64,000 nt of DNA, taken from contig CAZFHY010000010.1 in NCBI GenBank assembly GCA_964519305.1, positions 64,001 to 128,000 of the forward strand, in the 5' to 3' direction. This DNA comes from Candidatus Undinarchaeota archaeon. Lineage in GTDB: Archaea > SpSt-1190 > JASMDC01. Below are positions 62,578-64,000 of the stretch, piece after piece (the stretch's first letter is position 1; each line of letters opens with the position of its first letter). The notes under the pieces were generated by a model. It made no database searches. It saw only the letters and a list, made by a program, of their open reading frames with translations, and was not told the origin of the DNA. Position numbers and translations under genes: made by a program.

Positions 62578-63998
62578 CCCTTCTCGACCTGCAGGACCAT
62601 GACCTCGTCGGGCTCTAGCTCGACGCTCAGAGCCCCGTTGTCGAGGGCGACCACATCGCCGGACTCCAGGTCGTAAGCGGCTGTGACTGTGTCAGAGATC
62701 GCGACGGCCGCGGACCGCCGCTCGCTTGTGAGGTTGCGAAGGAACACGACATCACGGTCACCGTCCCGGTGCTCCCAGTGCGCCACGTCCACGAACCGGT
62801 CATCGCAACGGTAGGCAGGGGTGATGCCCGCCAGCTCGGCGGCGTGCTGGTAGAGGGTATATGCCTCGTCCGTGGCAAAGGCGTTGGGCACCTGGCTGAC
62901 GTGGTACTCGACGGGAGCGGTGACCAGCATTGTATGTCCCCGTCCGTGATCGTTCACCACCACGGCGGGATTCCCGTCAGCGTCCCGGCCGAGCGCCCGA
63001 CCGGTGGTCGCCTCCACGATGCCTACCTTGGCCCGCCGGTCCCGCTCCAGGCCGTCATATGCCATGGTCATGGGCCCCTTGCCGAGGTCGACGTCGAGGG
63101 AAATGGGCCTGATGTCCAGCCGCTCGTACCCCACCTGCACCCCGAACATCTCGTTCACCTTCGGGGCACCGGGATTGCCCCAGGAGAGGTAGAGGCTGCC
63201 ACCGTCCTTGACGAACGCGTCCAGCCGATCCCAGGCGACGGTCGACACGACCCCGGTGTTCTTGAGGATGGGTGAGGGCAGGAGCACCAGGCGGTACTCG
63301 TCCAGCGCACCCTCCTCTTCGATGTCCTCCTCGTCCACGAGGGCCACGTCGATACCGGCCATCCGCGCCATGCAGAATGCATTGTAGAGGACGGGGGCCA
63401 TGGTGTCCACGTTCTCGTAGTAGAACCGGGGCACGACGATGGCCGCTTCAGGCGCAGGTCGCCGGTACTCGCCAGGACTGCCCAAGGCGTCGGTAAGCTG
63501 TCGGGCCCGTCGGACCTCGTCGACCACCGGCCGATCCCGCTCGTTCCCGTCCGCATCCACGGCGATGAGGCCGAACTCCAGCTCAAAGGGCTCCTTGCGG
63601 TAGGGGAGCCGGTCCCTGATGGGTGTGAAATCCTTGGCGCACCAGGACCATGCGCTGGCTGCGCCGTACATCAGGGCCGAGGTCACGGTCTGGCGATAGA
63701 GCACCGCCTGGAAGCGCTCGTCCGTGGTCGCGAGGGTGGTACCGAACTCCTCAAGGTGGACGGGCGCGTCCCCCTTGGACGCCATGGCGATGGAGAAGGC
63801 GGCCAGGTACTTGTGCCTGGTGGCCGGCGTCCAGGCGTCGTCGAGCATGGTGTTCTCGTCGTAGATGGTGTAGAAGTGGGTGGTGAGCGCGTCGAGCATG
63901 CCACCGTACTCGCGCTGGTGGAAGTTGACCTCTTTGAGCATGCAGGGATTGTCCAGTCCGTGGACCACCAGGTGGTTGGGATCGCTGCGCCGGACGGC
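62574..63998 (-). CDS. Clan-A glycoside hydrolase (GH5/GH42-like) with a trimerisation-like C-domain, 5' truncated
   Basis: THFY, LEEFG nucleophile, WCAKD, EFGL; DEY.LVLLP and FV..GG.L; frame open to the window end. Confidence 0.78.
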   Translation of the reverse strand, partial: AVRRSDPNHLVVHGLDNPCMLKEVNFHQREYGGMLDALTTHFYTIYDENTMLDDAWTPATRHKYLAAFSIAMASKGDAPVHLEEFGTTLATTDERFQAVLYRQTVTSALMYGAASAWSWCAKDFTPIRDRLPYRKEPFELEFGLIAVDADGNERDRPVVDEVRRARQLTDALGSPGEYRRPAPEAAIVVPRFYYENVDTMAPVLYNAFCMARMAGIDVALVDEEDIEEEGALDEYRLVLLPSPILKNTGVVSTVAWDRLDAFVKDGGSLYLSWGNPGAPKVNEMFGVQVGYERLDIRPISLDVDLGKGPMTMAYDGLERDRRAKVGIVEATTGRALGRDADGNPAVVVNDHGRGHTMLVTAPVEYHVSQVPNAFATDEAYTLYQHAAELAGITPAYRCDDRFVDVAHWEHRDGDRDVVFLRNLTSERRSAAVAISDTVTAAYDLESGDVVALDNGALSVELEPDEVMVLQVEKG

Positions 63999-64000
63999 CG

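Overview
GC-rich (roughly 60%, estimated by eye) window that is most likely archaeal. The evidence is TATA/BRE boxes about 25-30 nt upstream of many starts, a TrmB regulator, an Ogg-type N-glycosylase/AP lyase and a class III (pilin-type) signal peptide; no ribosomal or other universal marker is present, so this is an inference. The flanks are housekeeping. The left side has hydrolases, a divergent ATP-type PEP carboxykinase and a complete rnfCDGEAB operon with divergent apbE. The right side has TrmB, a GNAT, a Nudix-ogg-DUF523 operon, an alcohol dehydrogenase and a glycoside hydrolase. Between them (about 11.6-56 kb) lies a ~44 kb, mostly minus-strand island of secreted-looking proteins. It contains a bacterial-type SecA and two giant Cys-rich paralogues carrying peptidoglycan-hydrolase modules (M23 and lytic transglycosylase) next to a pilin-like protein. 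It also contains six clostripain (C11) proteases, an M14 carboxypeptidase, zincins, transglutaminase-like proteins, an SPFH-like protein and many unknowns. Unrelated enzymes in the island share acidic N-terminal leaders and a PAY...IDxGxYxVxLP module. Seven island promoters carry TTAGG-N4-CCTAA-like (DtxR/MntR-type) operators, mostly in tandem pairs. The working hypothesis is a co-regulated archaeal export and effector system aimed at bacterial cells. No rRNA, tRNA, CRISPR array or transposase was recognised.
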